Positions 25,488 to 40,480 of a stretch of DNA of 64,000 nt are shown here, piece after piece (within the stretch, counting starts at the first letter, position 1; the number at the start of each line of letters is the position of its first letter). The notes beneath the pieces are model-generated. The model was not told the DNA's origin. It saw only the letters and a list, made by a program, of their open reading frames with translations, and did not search any database. The DNA lies in contig NW_027266308.1 of NCBI RefSeq assembly GCF_022045235.1, forward strand, positions 34,224,001 through 34,288,000, read 5' to 3'. The translations under genes were made by a program, and so were the position numbers. This DNA comes from Haliotis cracherodii. Its lineage: Eukaryota.

Positions 25488-27600
25488 TTGACACTAGCTC
25501 ATGATACGTATGTCAGCCTCCATGACAACTGTACCTACCAGAGACACTAGTTCATGATACGTATGTCAGCCTCCATCACAACTGTACCTACCAGTGACAC
25601 AGTTCATGATACGTATGTCAGCCTCCATGACAACTGTACCTACCAGTGACACAGTTCATGATACCTATGTCAGCCTCCATGACAACTGTACCTACCAGTG
25701 ACACCAGTTCATGATACGTATGTCAGCCTCCATCACATCACTGTACCTACCAGTGACACCAGTTCATGATACGTATGTCAGCCTCCATCACAACTGTACC
25801 TACCAGTGACACCAGTCCATGATACGTATGTCAGCCTCCGTCACAACTGTACCTACCAGAGACACCAGTTCATGATACGTATGTCAGCCTCCATCACAAC
25901 TGTACCTACCAGTGACACCAGTCCATGATACGTATGTCAGCCTCCGTCACAACTGTACCTACCAGAGACACCAGTTCATGATACGTTTGTCAGCCTCCAT
26001 CACAACTGTACCTACCAGTGACACCAGTTCATGATACGTATGTCAGCCTCCATCACTACTGTACCTACCAGAGACACCAGTTCATGATACGTATGTCAGC
26101 CTCAAAGACAACTGTACCTACCAGTGACACCAGTTCATGATACGTATGTCAGCCTCCGTCACTACTGTACCTACCAGAGACACCAGTTCATGATACGTAT
26201 GTCAGCCTCCATCACTACTGTACCTACCAGAGACACCAGTTCATGATACGTATGTCAGCCTCAAAGACAACTGTACCTACCAGTGACACCAGTTCATGAT
26301 ACGTATGTCAGCCTCCGTCACTACTGTACCTACCAGTGACACCAGTTCATGATACGTATGTCAGCCTCCGTCACAACTGTACCTATCAGAGACACTAGCT
26401 CATGATACGTATGTCAGCCTCCATGACAACTGTACCTACCAGAGACACAAGCTCATGATACGTATGTCAGTCTCCATGACAACTGTACCTATCAGAGACA
26501 CCAGTTCATGATACGTATGTCAGCCTCCGTCACTACTGTACCTACCAGAGACACAAGTTCATGATACGTTTGTCAGCCTCAGTCACAACTGTACCTACCA
26601 GAGACACCAGCTCATGATACGTATGTCAGCCTCCATCACAACTGTACCTACCAGAGATACAAGCTCATGATACGTATGTCAGCCTCCATCACAACTGTAC
26701 CTACCAGAGACACTAGCTCATGATACGTATGTCAGCCTCCATGACAACTGTACCTACCAGAGACACAAGCTCATGATACGTATGTCAGTCTCCATGACAA
26801 CTGTACCTATCAGAGACACCAGTTCATGATACGTATGTCAGCCTCCGTCACTACTGTACCTACCAGAGACACAAGTTCATGATACGTTTGTCAGCCTCAG
26901 TCACAACTGTACCTACCAGAGACACCAGCTCATGATACGTATGTCAGCCTCCATCACAACTGTACCTACCAGAGATACTAGCTCATGATACGTATGTCAG
27001 CCTCCATCACAACTGTACCTACCAGTGACACCAGTTCATGATACGTATGTCAGCTTCCGTCACTACTGTACCTACCAGTGACACCAGTTCATGATACGTA
27101 TGTCAGCCTCCGTCAAAACTGTACCTACCAGAGACACCAGCTCATGATACGTATATCAGCCTCCGTCACTACTGTACCTACCAGTGACACCAGTTCATGA
27201 TGCGTATGTCAGCATCCATCACAACTGTACCTACCAGTGACACCAGTTCATGATACCTATGTCAGCCTCCTGTACCTACCAGTGACACCAGTTCATGATA
27301 CGTATGTCAGCCTCCTGTACCTACCAGAGACACCAGTTCATGATACGTATGTCAGCCTCCATCACATCACTACTGTACCTACCAGTGACACCAGTTCATG
27401 ATACGTATGTCAGCCTCCATCACTACTGTACCTACCAGTGACACCAGTTCATGATACGTATGTCAGCCTCCGTCACATCACTACTGTACCTACCAGAGAC
27501 ACCAGTTCATGATACCTATGTCAGCCTCCATCACATCACTACTGTACCTATCACTGACACGTGTAATATGTGAGTGTTACATGTGTCAGCCTCCATCACT
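25488..27600. repeat. 53-bp minisatellite (ccagttcatgatacgtatgtcagcctccatcacaactgtacctaccagtgaca), ~39 copies
   Basis: Tandem periodicity; contains a duplicated six-unit (318 bp) block starting at ~26391 and ~26709. Confidence 0.96.
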
Positions 27601-29289
27601 AGTGTTTTGTGACAATCGCACTGATGCGTGTGTAATCACTACTGTATCACTGGCATACTGAACATGCCTGTGTTTAAGCAAGAGCAAACAAGTGTGAATG
27701 CATTGGAATATATAAAGGATATTTGTCACAGAGTGACCGTATATCTGCATTCGACAACCTTTACAGATAATATAATAAATTTAATATTGATTTTAAATTT
27801 TCAGATAAAATGTATTATTGCACCCCAAAAAAATACGTTATAAAATATCGTACAAATGGTTGTGGTTTTGCCTGACATTCACTTGTACTAGTATTTGTAC
27901 ACCACAAGACACCTTTTGAAATGTCGACTTGACAACGTTGTGGGCAGAACAATGTGGGACGGACCAACTGGTGTTCCCCACCTCTCGCCTCCCTGCATCA
28001 GCGCTGTGTGGCTCGCTATCATTGTAGGCGGATAACAATGGCTATGAAGGTGTCGGGCTGGAGTGGGCTCATCTTGGGCGGATGTAATCTATTTACAAAC
28101 ACTTGAAGACGTCAACAATGTATTGAGGTGCATGGCCGTCTCTGGGGGTAAGGGCCCTCAGTGAACGCGGTCAGCAGGGTGAGCTGTATGCGGGCCATGA
28201 CACACGGTGGGGGCAGAAATAACATACCCCTTCAATAAAGGCAGCAGGGGAGACCTCCTCTGCTAAAAAAGCAAAACTACTGAGAAATTAATGAAGTTGA
28301 GCGTCTTGCAGAGGGTTGATTTATGCCTGACATTGAAACACGTTGAAAAGTTTACAAATCCGGCAGATGGCGTGGAAACTGTAACGACTTGCCCATTGAA
28401 GTTGTGTTGAAGAGAGTAATTGTTAGAGACGAGTGGGGGTTTATAACAACGACGAACCTCAAGAGTCGTTTGTCCCCTTTGACAACAAGTCCCACTGTTG
28501 TCCTATACCTTTACTTCAAACACAATGCCTCTTCAATGCATGTCCACACAGCCCATACAAAGATGTAAACAGATTTTACCGATCTCGGAATTAACTTCAC
28601 TCAGCTAGCACATGAACACATTTGTCAATACAAAATCTTTTCTTCCCGGGGACCGGTTCACTGAGAGACTTTATGAATAAGCTGTAATTGACAAAATAGC
28701 TTACACTCCAGAAATCTAAACAAACTGTGCCCATATGAAGGGGATTAGGCCTTCAGCTATTTGCCATCAGCACGACATATATTGTAAACATTTAGATTAG
28801 TATATCATTGTACACTGTTTATTTCATCCATCTGTCTGCCGGCTTGGACATGGGGACCAGCATGGGCCTTGGGACGGGGCGTGCGGTGAAGGTTCTGTAA
28901 ACGACCAAATAGGAGATGAATTTCACTTTCTATTAGTATGTCCAAGACCAAATGACCTTCGAAAACAATACCTTCCGGCATACTCTACTGAATATCCCTC
29001 CACTCTAAAATAAAATCAATTAATGAAATGTTCATACAAACCCATTCTAGTAAAACTGGCTCAGTTCTGTAAAAAAGGTTTAACAATATTTACATAATTA
29101 AATATCACAGGATCGTCGATCTATGGCTGGAAAATTGCCCTTTCGACGTTAAAATTTGTGAATTTCACTCTACAATATAATATATGTGAATATTTTATGT
29201 GTTCATGTGTGTAGTTATGCAGATCATACATGTATCATAGAAATGCATTATGCGTGATTAGGTGCATGTATGTATTCATGTATGTATAT

Positions 29290-29418
29290 ATTATTAGATA
29301 TTATTGTTGGTGTGGTTGTGTATATATTCAACCTCATGTATGCTCTGTAATCACTCTGTGTGATTTTCTTTCGAGCAATAAACTTCTGTTCTGTTCTGTT
29401 CTGTTCTGTTCTGTTCTG
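29290..29418 (+). mobile_element. Probable LINE 3' end
   Basis: AATAAA immediately followed by a (TTCTG)n microsatellite tail, an arrangement typical of CR1/L2-type termini. Confidence 0.45.
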
Positions 29419-31239
29419 TATGATACAACAGGTACAGGCTCCCTGGCTACACGACCATGGCTAAAGCGGTTTCTACCCAATCATACCAATAGACGTGCAT
29501 GTACCGTACATGTTTTATAAAATCGTTTTGGACATATTTTTGCGTGTTTTGTGAAACATCATGGTCCTTCGGTCATGTTCAGTGAGAACCCCGTGACAAG
29601 ATTATCTAACGTGAAACACTGGCATGATATATGTTTTGGGTAATTAAAATTATGTTGCAATGTCCCTTTGAATTAGTTTATAAAATGTGCCACGTGACTA
29701 AACATTGAAAGAAATTATTGGTTTATAAATGTCAGCACAGATATTTCACCCAACGGTATTTTACTGGCTTTCTATTGGTACCAGAATTAGTAACCTCAAC
29801 ATTAAGAATTCATGTACCGACATTTTCATCAATAGCCGGGATTTAGTGACTGTTAGTATTTTCATTTGAGTATTTACAAAGATAGAGTATCACAACTTTA
29901 CCCTCTGCATTAGTGATAAAGAGTTTACTTTGAATTATGTTGCCAATATCTTATGAATGACACTTTTGACGACACCGAGACGATTTAAAGTAAATATCGT
30001 TAGCGTCTAATGATTTGCACCTTCTCTATTATCGAGGTGATTTGTGTTATTGAGCCTAAAATAATATAAAAAATGTAATCTGACAATGATTGCATATTTG
30101 CGATGATACTTGTTTAACTATAGCATATTGTTTGATTGCACAAAAGTCCCTAGAAATACAAGTAGCTGAAGTATTTATTAGAGAACTTGATTACGTAAAC
30201 AGTTGAAATTGAGTCAATATTAAACTGGGCTACGTGGCTGATAAGACGAGAACTGTATGTTTAATTCTATCATGTGTGATGCGGTTTTATCTACGAAGGC
30301 GATTAAAACAACACCGAGTAAATACACCAATATGTTCAAAGCTGAGCGTAGCTCGCGTGATGCTGAGAATGAAACCTGACTATTGTTGAGGAGCGGTATG
30401 GCGGTTGTGGGCACGTACACAAGTCACTGCCGGCCACATAGATACTTGCTGGCGTCTCACTAACGGCAGCAACACACAGCTTCATGTGACGGACGAGCAC
30501 AATAAGAATCCTGTTCTATGAGGTTACTTCGATGTTTCACTTGCATATATATGTGATTAAGTTTAAATCACTATGGGAACAGCGAGGGTTTTGGCACCGA
30601 CACATATGTGGGGCCATTGAAAACAAAACGATATTTTTCAATTTCATGATAGTAAAAGCCGATCATTTTAGAGAGGTCTTGAAGCTTTCTTTCTAGTTTT
30701 TAGCTTGAAATCGATATTATTGTATGCTTACTTGAGATTGAGTCATTAAGTATGTAGTATGTGCGCGTCTGCATGAGCGCGCGCATGCTTGGAAATGTAT
30801 TAAAAGGATTTTAATAGCTTTGGACAAATATTTAAGACAACGCCAAATAGTATGACTAATATTACAATCTACCTACCACCTTTGTTACTGATTGGCCAAG
30901 CAAAGATTTCAAAAAGCAATAAACTCTGATTGAAACAAATGATTTGACGGCCATTTGCGCGTGTGCGTGTGCGTACGCGTGTTAAAACAACTAATTTGTT
31001 CCTAAAAAAGTCAGAGTTTAAGAAAACAATAAATAATTCGCTGTAAATGCTGAATGGTCTACAAGTTAAATAGTCTTCTACTCCCTTTCAGAGAAAATAA
31101 TTTGTAAACTCTTCTCCAAATGTTTATTTCTCTCTTAAATTTTAACCTTCGTCCTTGAAGGCTAACCCGCTCATGGCCAACTATTTGAATACCTTGATGT
31201 TATCCTTCGTCTTTATGAGTTATACCCTCTATCAGAAGA

Positions 31240-32182
31240 CACCGCCTCCCTCACACCACTCCCTTCCCATACCAGGGGATACCGTCTCCATCATACGACT
31301 CCCTCCCCATATCAGGAGATACCGTCTCCATCATACGACTCTCTCCTCATATCAGGAGATACCGCCTCCCTCATATTCTCCTGTATCAGGAGATACCGTC
31401 TCCATCATACGACTCTCTCCTCATATCAGGAGATACCGCCTCCCTCATATTCTCCTGTATCAGGGGATACCGTCTCCATCATACGACTCTCTCCTCACAT
31501 TAGGGGATACCGCCTCCCTCATATTCTCCTGTATCAGGAGATACCGTCTCCATCATACGACTCTCTCCTCACATTAGGAGATACCGCCTCCCTCATATTC
31601 TCCTGTATCAGGAGATACCGTCTCCATCATACGACTCTCTCCTCACATTAGGGAAGGGCGGTCGGGTAGCCTAGTGGTTAAAGCGTTCGCTCGTCACGCC
31701 GAAGACCTGGGTTCGATTCCCGACATGGATACAATGTGTGAAGTCCATTTCTGGTGTCCCCCGCCGTGATATTGCTGGAATATTGCTAAAAGCGGGGTAA
31801 AACCATACTCACTCACTTACTCATATTAGGGGATACCGCATCCCTCATATTCTCCTCATATCAGGGATACCGTCTCCATCATACGACTCTCTCCTCATAT
31901 CAGGGAATACCGTCTCCATCATACAGCTCTCACCTCATATCAGGGGATACCGTCTCCATCATACGACTCTCTCCTCATATCAGGGAATACCGTCTCCATC
32001 ATACGACTCTCTCCTCATATCAGGGAATACCGTCTCCATCATACGACTCTCTCCTATATCAGGGGATACCGTCTCCATCACACAGCTCTCTCCTCATATC
32101 AGGGAATACCGTCTCCATCATACGACTCTCTCCTCATATCAGGGGATACCGTCTCCATCATACGACTCTCTCCTCATATCCA
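31240..32182. repeat. 40/34-bp minisatellite (atcaggggataccgtctccatcatacgactctctcctcat) split by a SINE
   Basis: Tandem periodicity on both sides of 31654-31819. Confidence 0.92.
31654..31819 (+). mobile_element. Full-length short tRNA(Asp)-derived SINE with (ACTC)n tail
   Basis: A box tagcctagtgg, anticodon-like GTC, B box ggttcgattcc, tail actcactcacttac; TSD ctcacattaggg (31642-31653) / ctcatattaggg (31820-31831). Confidence 0.92.
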
Positions 32183-32929
32183 CCAACTTCCATCATTCGA
32201 CTTACGTGACTACTTCTTCTGTTATAAACGCCTTCTTCACCACCCCACCCCCTCCCCCGCTCGCCTATATAGCACCGGCTTTCCTTACCTGTCTTGTACA
32301 AAGTCAAGTAATCATGAAGTTAACGAAGGCTAGTGATTTTCCGGCTGAACTTAATATGTTGGCGACATGAATGTTCGTGTAATTACTGGGGAATGTCGGC
32401 GAGTTTCAATGTTGTTGTTGTTGCCTGTTGGCAAACAGGTAATGATGGAGATACAAAAGCAAGTTCTTCTCTTGCCGTAAGATACGTTTCCTTCCTGTGC
32501 AGAGGACGCCGTGGGAGCTGGCTGAAGACGAGTTGTTTCCCTTCTACCTCTCCGCTCCCAGCAGGAGACCTTCCTTTATGTGCCGCGCTAACGATAACAT
32601 TGATGGTGTACACGGGGGGCGGGGCCTACCGAGGGGATGTCAATAGCTCGCTGCCTGGGGGGGTGATGTCGCAGTAATGACGAGACATTGTTGGTCCCAA
32701 CTTTCAATACCAGTCGTGTGAATTTAATACTCTGTTATTAATCTGTTTACATGTTCCTGCTCGCGGGACTAGATCGGTAGCATAATATAGGGGAGAAGGA
32801 GATTTCACAAAGTAAATCAGGGACCGAAGTGACACGAGAAAACATTGGTAAATTGGCTCTCAGCAGGGCAGCTGAATTTGAAGTCATTCAGTTGGCGTGT
32901 CTGGTGTGTCAACACACACTGTCATACCT

Positions 32930-34005
32930 GGTACGTTTGAACCCCACTATACTCAGAACCACTGTCACTCATGGTATATCTGAACCCCAATATACTGCAA
33001 TAACCACTGTCTCATAGTAACCTCGTATTTCTGAACCCCACAATACTCAGAACCACTGTCTCTCATGGTTTATCTGAACCCCAATATACTGCAATAACCA
33101 CTGTCTCATAGTTACCTCGTGTTTCTGAACCCCAATATACTACTCACAACCACTGTCTCATAGTTACCTCGTGTTTCTGAACCCCAATATACTTCTCACA
33201 ACCACTGCCTCTCATAGTATATCTGAACGCCAATATACTGTTCACAAACACTGTCACTCATGGTATATATGATATTTCTGAACCCCAATATACTGTTCAC
33301 AAACACTGTCACTCATGGTATATATGATATTTCTGAACCCCAATATACTGTTCACAAACACTGTCTCTCATGGTATATATGATATTTCTGAACCCCAATA
33401 TACTGCTCACAAACACTGTCTCTCATGGTATATATGATATATCTGAACCCCAATATACTGCTCACAAACACTGTCTCTCATGGTATATATGATATATCTG
33501 AACCCCAATATACTGTTCACAAACACTGTCTCTCATGGTATATATGATATATCTGAACCCCAATATACTGCTCACAAGCACTGTCTCTCATGGTATATAT
33601 GATATATCTGAACCCCAATATACTGCTCACAACCACTGTCTCTCATGGTATATATGATATTTCCGAACGCCAATATACTGCTCACAAGCACTGTCTCTCA
33701 TGGTATATATGATATATCTGAACCCCAATATACGGCTCACAAGCACTGTCTCTCATGGTATATATGATATTTCCGAACGCCAATATACTGCTCACAACCA
33801 CTGTCTCTCATGGTATATATGATATATCTGAACCCCAATATACGGCTCACAAGCACTGTCTCTCATGGTATATATGATATTTCCGAACGCCAATATACTG
33901 CTCACAGCCACTGTCTCTCATAGTATACCTTGTATGTCTGAACCCCAATATAATCCTCACAACCATAGTCTCTTATAGTATATCTGAACAACGACTGTCA
34001 CTCAT
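32930..34005. repeat. 55-bp minisatellite (tctgaaccccaatatactgctcacaaacactgtctctcatggtatatatgatata), ~19 copies
   Basis: Tandem periodicity with degenerate edges. Confidence 0.94.
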
Positions 34006-34464
34006 AGCGTACTTCTTATGACTGTTACCAATTACAAAGTTGGATTTGAAAAGAAATATGATTAAAACCTGTCACCTACGCTTACTGCCCGAAAGGAATT
34101 ACAAATCCGTGAACAACATATCCAAGTTCGGATTGTGCCATGTGTCATCAATCAACTTTTTAAGTATAGGTATAACATGCCATCTCCAACATATCACACA
34201 CTATTTTGTAATTATGGTATTTGATATCATTTATTTAAAAGACAACATTAAAAGAAGATACGACTGAAATCTCTGATTATTTATATCAATCATTCAACTC
34301 GGAGTGTAGAAACGGACCCGCCACGTTATAGATTAATGGAGATTTCTAACACAAAAACATTGCTTGAAAATCTGACGGATATCCCCAGGGATCAGAGATG
34401 TGATTTGCATAAACATTGCTTTTATTGCATCAAACTCTACCCTTATGAAGAGGAAAACAGAAGC

Positions 34465-34617
34465 NNNNNNNNNNNNNNNNNNNNNNNNNNNNNNNNNNNN
34501 NNNNNNNNNNNNNNNNNNNNNNNNNNNNNNNNNNNNNNNNNNNNNNNNNNNNNNNNNNNNNNNNNNNNNNNNNNNNNNNNNNNNNNNNNNNNNNNNNNNN
34601 NNNNNNNNNNNNNNNNN
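34465..34617. other. Assembly gap (153 N)
   Basis: Run of N. Confidence 1.
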
Positions 34618-37600
34618 TTCCTATTTCCCATTTGATGTATAAAATCTGGCAAGAGAACAAGTCACAATCCTCCTCCTCCTTATGTTTGGAAATATAAAAT
34701 CGAATTAAAAGCCATTGTGGACCGATGTTGTGCGGAGCCTGTGTTCTGTATCCACTTCACTCACAGGCTCGCCATTTCAATATTGTGTCATACGGGTTGT
34801 TTTCATGATGTCCTCCGATCAATGCAGGGCGGCGACTTTGTTTTTTTTAAGTGAGTATCTCCATGTTTATGACCCCCGAAAGTCTTGGAACCACACTTCA
34901 CAAATCATGTAACCTTTGTCAAGTTTTTATATGAGATGTTTAAAAAAATCGAAAATGTTAGAATGTTTGTGACAAAGTATTCGAAGAAAAGCTAACAAAC
35001 TCTCAAGCAAGACAAATATTCAATGATATTTGCATGGAAACATTATTTTGAGTGGATATATCGAGCCATGGTATATTCATTGACTTGTGGTGATATGTGA
35101 AATGACTTGCCCATCCTGAGAACAACATCGTTATAAAAACTCCACTTTTCAGGCTATATAATAGTCCACGTTTGTAGTCAGTGAAGCATCCGTTTCTTGG
35201 CGGAGCACGTCTCCCAAAGTCAGGGCGATTTGTTTCCAGGTAGGCTACATGACAAATTGATTACCGCTCTGTACACGGCGTGTAATGTAGCTCACATCGG
35301 CGGCGGCTGCCCCTCAAAGACCGTGTGGTGTTTACACATCAGATCCTCATCCTAACTGTCACATTCTTACACACGCTGCACTCACGCGCAAATCTCTGTC
35401 GACAGCTCAGCCAAGATTCAAAGATGCTGTCTTTAGTTGTGAAAGCATCTCCCCTACCTGCTGAGGGCTGTCCATATCGCCGTGTACATTTCATAGCTGT
35501 TCACTGATCCCCCCTGTACCTGATGACTTCACAGGCTCTCCACCTCCGTATGTGACAACACGGATCACATTTACACACCAGAACAAACCAACTGGGATGA
35601 TTCAGGCTTAAGTGTCATACGATGGTCTATATCTGCAAATCAGTGATGTTTCTCTTACACAGATATTAACAGGGGTTGTTATTGGGACTATACCTAGCTC
35701 GTAATCTGAAACATTCATGTACATATGTTTCTGCATTAACATCACGTGAAGAATCTAAAGCTAGACACATTTACTACCCCCCCCCCCCCCCCCCTCCCCT
35801 CCCCCACACACTTCAAAGACCTACCACTACCCCGTACCCACTTGGTTTGCAGCAACACTTGTGAAGGTAGTTCAATTGGTTGACCTAAGGACTAGAATGG
35901 ACCCGAATGTAAAGGTTTGGGTGTAACTGGTCATTTGGCTGTTTAAAACCTTCACGCTATAGTTTGACGAGTGGCATAACCAGGACATGTAAATTTGTAA
36001 TGCGGTTGATATGAATAATCACATATGAAAGTATAAAACTTGTCAATGTCTTAATTTCGGATGTGTCTTGTTGTCTAATGAGGGCTAATATTAATATAAG
36101 CGTTAATAGGAGTCGGCATGTGACTGTCTATAACTTGAGGTTTTGATTGACGAGAGTCGGGTCACAGTGTCTTAGAGTCCCACCAATTTGATATAATTGT
36201 TATTTTTGTTTTTTTTATTTCATTTATCGAAACAAATTAATTGTTTCTGGAAATTCTTGAAAACCCCCCATTATGCTTCAGACTGTTTTAAAAAAGAAAG
36301 AAATTGCTTGCCATTAAATTTATGTTGTTTTTCTTGAAAAAGAATTCAGACTCATAGTTTTAAATAAAAATATATCCGGTGTTGTTGGTGTAGCTGAAAA
36401 AAAATCTGATCTGGATACAGAATCTCAGCAACCACCCCCACCACCCAACCCCCGAATATCAAATGGTCGTTCCGTTAAGAAACAAGATTTTATTGCGCAA
36501 ACGTTCTTTGTAGAAACAGTTACAATATCATATAAACTATATAAACAGAAACACAATAAGTTCGGATAACAATACAAAGTACCAATAGAAAATATAATGT
36601 TAAGACCTAGGATTATCTATAACAAGTATTCCAGATTCATTTGAAGTTGTATATGTGATAGCAAATTATTTCTGTTACCTGGTTCATTATTTGAATGATG
36701 TCTGGGTTGACGAGAATCATCTTTCGACTGTTTGACACAGAATTTCTCGGGTTGACTGACTGTTCTTGTTAAAACTGGGTATAGTGTACATTGTTGACAT
36801 TCATTTGTACGAAATGCTTGTCTTGACTTTGAGGGTACCAGCAGTGTGATCAGCAGAGTATGTTGATGTATAATGAGCTGTGTGACCGTGCACACATCTA
36901 ACCTGTTTGACAGCGTGGATGGGAGGCAAGGGAAGCCAAGGCGAGGCTCAGGTGGGGCTCCTCAGTCGGCAGAGGCTAATAATGATCACTTCCGGAAGTG
37001 GCACGAGCCAAGGGACAATCAAAGCCGACATTGGCCGAGACGTTGGGACAAACGAGAGGTTTATACACAAATATTTCACAATGGCGGTTGTGTGGCTGCA
37101 GTCATCGATGATACGAAGACCGGCAAAGAATGCTCTGGCATTGATCCACAGCACAAATTGGCATGTTCGCGGCTCCTCATCTGAATTATGGCCAATTAGA
37201 CAAGAGGAAATTTGATTTGTTGTAAATGTTACGTTCCAGTGTCGATTTGTTTGGTGTAAATTATACACTTGCATGACTGATGTCTGGCGACAGCACTGAT
37301 GACAGGACTGTGTTTTGGAAACATTAGTTTTGATGAGGGACTCACTGTATAATCACGTCTCATTAAACAGAGCTTGTTGTCACCTGCTGCTTGGGGGTCG
37401 CACCTCGGAAACTAACCAATATTCTCATATAGATCCTTTACAGCTTTAACTCGCAACTAACACTGGTCGATCGTGACCAAGGGAACAGTGGTATTCTTCC
37501 TGGTGTCGGGAATGACATTGCTAATTTAGATGTAGTGAGACCAGTCTCCACCTGGGAAACTGCAGGTCTGCTCACAACTAGCGATCTGATCATTACAAGA

Positions 37601-37869
37601 GTCACGTAGCAACGATAACTCTAATCTTTACAATCGTTACATTTGTTTCATTAATATTGGATCATATTGTTCGCTTTCATTTGTTGACATGAAGCTATGA
37701 CCAAAACAGTTCTATTTTACCATATGTTGGACCTAAATGATCAGTGTTCTTAGTAAGCCTTTCGTTAAAACATGCGAGATAAAAATCTCAATTCATTACA
37801 AATATCTGGTGGAAGAGTTTCTGATATGATTTATATGATTGTCAGCAATATATTCATCTCTTTCATCTG

Positions 37870-39120
37870 CTTTATCCCCGAAACATGTCTCTCATGTGCT
37901 CTACCACTGCATGTCTCTTATCTGTCCTATGGTCAACGCGTCTCTCATTTGTGTTACCCCTAAAGCATGTCTCTCATCTGCTCTACCCACAAAGCATGTC
38001 TCTCATCTGCTCTACCCACAAAGTATTTCTCTCATCTGCTCTACCCGCAAAGCATGTCTCTCATCTGCTCTACCCACAAAGCATGTCTCTCATCTGCTCT
38101 ACTCACAAAGCATGTCTCTCATCTGCTCTACCCGCAAAGCATGTCTCTCATCTGCTCTACCCGCAAAGCATGTCTCTCATCTGCTCTACCCGCAAAGCAT
38201 GTCTCTCATCTGCTCTACCCATAAAAGCATGTCTCTCATCTGCTCTACCCACAAAGCATGTCTCTCATCTGCTCTACCCACAAAGCACGTCTCTCATTTG
38301 CTCTACCCACAAAGCATGTCTCTCATTTGCTCTACCCGCAAGGCATGTCTCTCATCTGCTCTACCCGCAAGGCATGTCTCTCATCTGCTCTACCCGCAAA
38401 GCATGTCTCTCATCTGCTCTACCCGCAAGGCATGTCTCTCATCTGCTCTACCCACAAAGCATGTCTCTCATTTGCTCTACCCACAAAGCATTTCTCTCAT
38501 CTGCTCTACCCGCAAAGCATGTGTCTCATTTGTGTTACCCCTAAAGCATGTCTCTCATCTGTCATATTCTCAACACGTCTCTCATTTGTTTTACCCATAA
38601 AGCATGTCTCTCATCTGCTCTACCCGCAAAGCATGTGTCTCATTTGTATTGCCCCTAAAGCATGTCTCACATTTGCTCTACCCACAAAGCATGTCTCTCA
38701 TTTGCTCTACTCACAAAGCATGTCTCTCATCTGCTCTACTCACAAAGCATGTGTCTCATTTGTGTTACCCCTAAAGCATGTCTCTCGTCTGTCATATTCT
38801 CAACACGTCTCTCATTTGTTTTACCCATAAAGCATGTCTCTCATCTGCTCTACCCGCAAAGCATGTGTCTCATTTGTATTGCCCCTAAAGCATGTCTCAC
38901 ATTTGCTCTACCCACAAAGCATGTCTCTCATCTGCTCTACCCGCAAAGCATCTGTCTCATTTGTATTGCCCCTAAAGCATGTCTCACATTTGCTCTTTCC
39001 GCAAAGCATGTCTCTTATCTGCCCTACCCGCAAAGCATGTCTCTCATTTGTATTACCCCTAAATCATGTCTCTCATCTGTTCTACCACCAACGCATGTCT
39101 CTCATCTGCCCTTCTCACAA
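37870..39120. repeat. 29-bp minisatellite (aaagcatgtctctcatctgctctacccac), ~43 copies
   Basis: Tandem periodicity with a duplicated multi-unit variant block in ~38520-38990. Confidence 0.95.
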
Positions 39121-40480
39121 CGCACTTTTCGCCACAGATTTACGGTGGCATCCTAACTATTTATTTTCACAAATTACGTGAAGAAAAGATCTTGTTGAAA
39201 CGTCGAAATTGTTATGCTTTCTGGATGCCAGAGCACCTCAAATGGATTACAGTAAATAAATCGAAGTGGTGACATTTTAGAAATCTTTCAAAAGATCTAT
39301 TCAAGTTTCTTTTCAATTGCACTTGCCAAAATGAAATTAATTCTAAAAATAACTATCACAATGGATATTTCTGTTTGGGGGTATGTCTGACTTGCGTCCA
39401 AGGAGTACAAATGTTTTGTAAACTTTGTATCATAAGTTCCAACGACGTTTTCCTCCTCCCTTCACTCCCCATACACCTGTTGTTTGTCGTGGTTACCGGG
39501 TGCTCCATGGCCGATCTAAGGAATGCTACTTATTGATCTACCAATCATATGTTGGGTAAAGCACCCACGCTTAATTTCATATTGTCTTTGTTCCTAGCAT
39601 ATCGCTGAATTCAAAAGGCAATCAACTTTCTCTATTTGATTCAATATCATTTCTTGAGCCTTTTGGAGTAATGAAAGGTTACTTAGTAAGAGTGAGAGCT
39701 GCCCTGTCGCGACAGCAGAAAGACACAATTGCTTACCATTGTTTGCCAGTGTGTTTTTGCAATGTGTCAATTTGCACTTTGCCCGTTGAAAGCAGAAAAG
39801 TATTATGTGGACAACAGCCTAAACACTGGCAGTAATACAAATTTAGACACATATGCCGGCAGTTGTCAATAACATTCAATACGCAACAATACAGACGGTG
39901 TGATGAAGTGCGGGAGTAGATAGACTCACACAACTTTGGTCGGGCATAACACATGTTGCCTTATTACAACCCAGCATATACAAAACAGCATAAAGACCAC
40001 AACATGAATTGACCGATCGTTGAAATGTACTTCAAGGCCTTCATGAATCCCGTGCTCTGACTGCCCTGAGGTCTGGCATCACCCTATGATAAAACATCTC
40101 GAGGCATAATACGCAATAGAGCGAGAAAAGCGGATAACATGTTGAACCAATCCCAGCAAAGGGCACATGTTACCGTATGTATATATATATATATATATAT
40201 AAAACCGGGCATCATACAGTTTCACTCCTTTAAGTGGCATTTAGATGCTGATATGATGAACAGGGGATATAGTTCTATGGATTATCAAACTTTTTTTTAT
40301 TACAAAGCATTACTTGTAACAAAGAAGTTGTATATCTATAGAAGTATCTTCCTTGTTCAACATACAGTTTGTTTGACTAAATAGGTGAAAACCGAAATAG
40401 GTGCTTATATCACTAGACATTATACATTGTGTTGGCCCCATCTCTTGACACCAGGCGACAGTTTCTCAGAACTCATTCAA

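Noticed and set aside
12600-27600. Regular arrays as possible CRISPR loci
   Set aside because: Units are contiguous with no unique spacers, there are no cas genes, and the context is eukaryotic.
30371-30379. Perfect Six/MEF3 site (GAAACCTGA)
   Set aside because: A single 9-mer in 64 kb is compatible with chance.
31654-31725. tRNA-Asp gene
   Set aside because: No proper acceptor stem or oligo-T terminator; it continues into a SINE body with tail and TSD.
32325-32720. Strings resembling miR-7 (ctagtgatttt) and miR-133 (ttggtccc)
   Set aside because: Only partial matches, and no precursor hairpin is evident.
37295-37330. CTGATGA...GAAA hammerhead-like string
   Set aside because: Stems I and III cannot be formed; probably a chance match.
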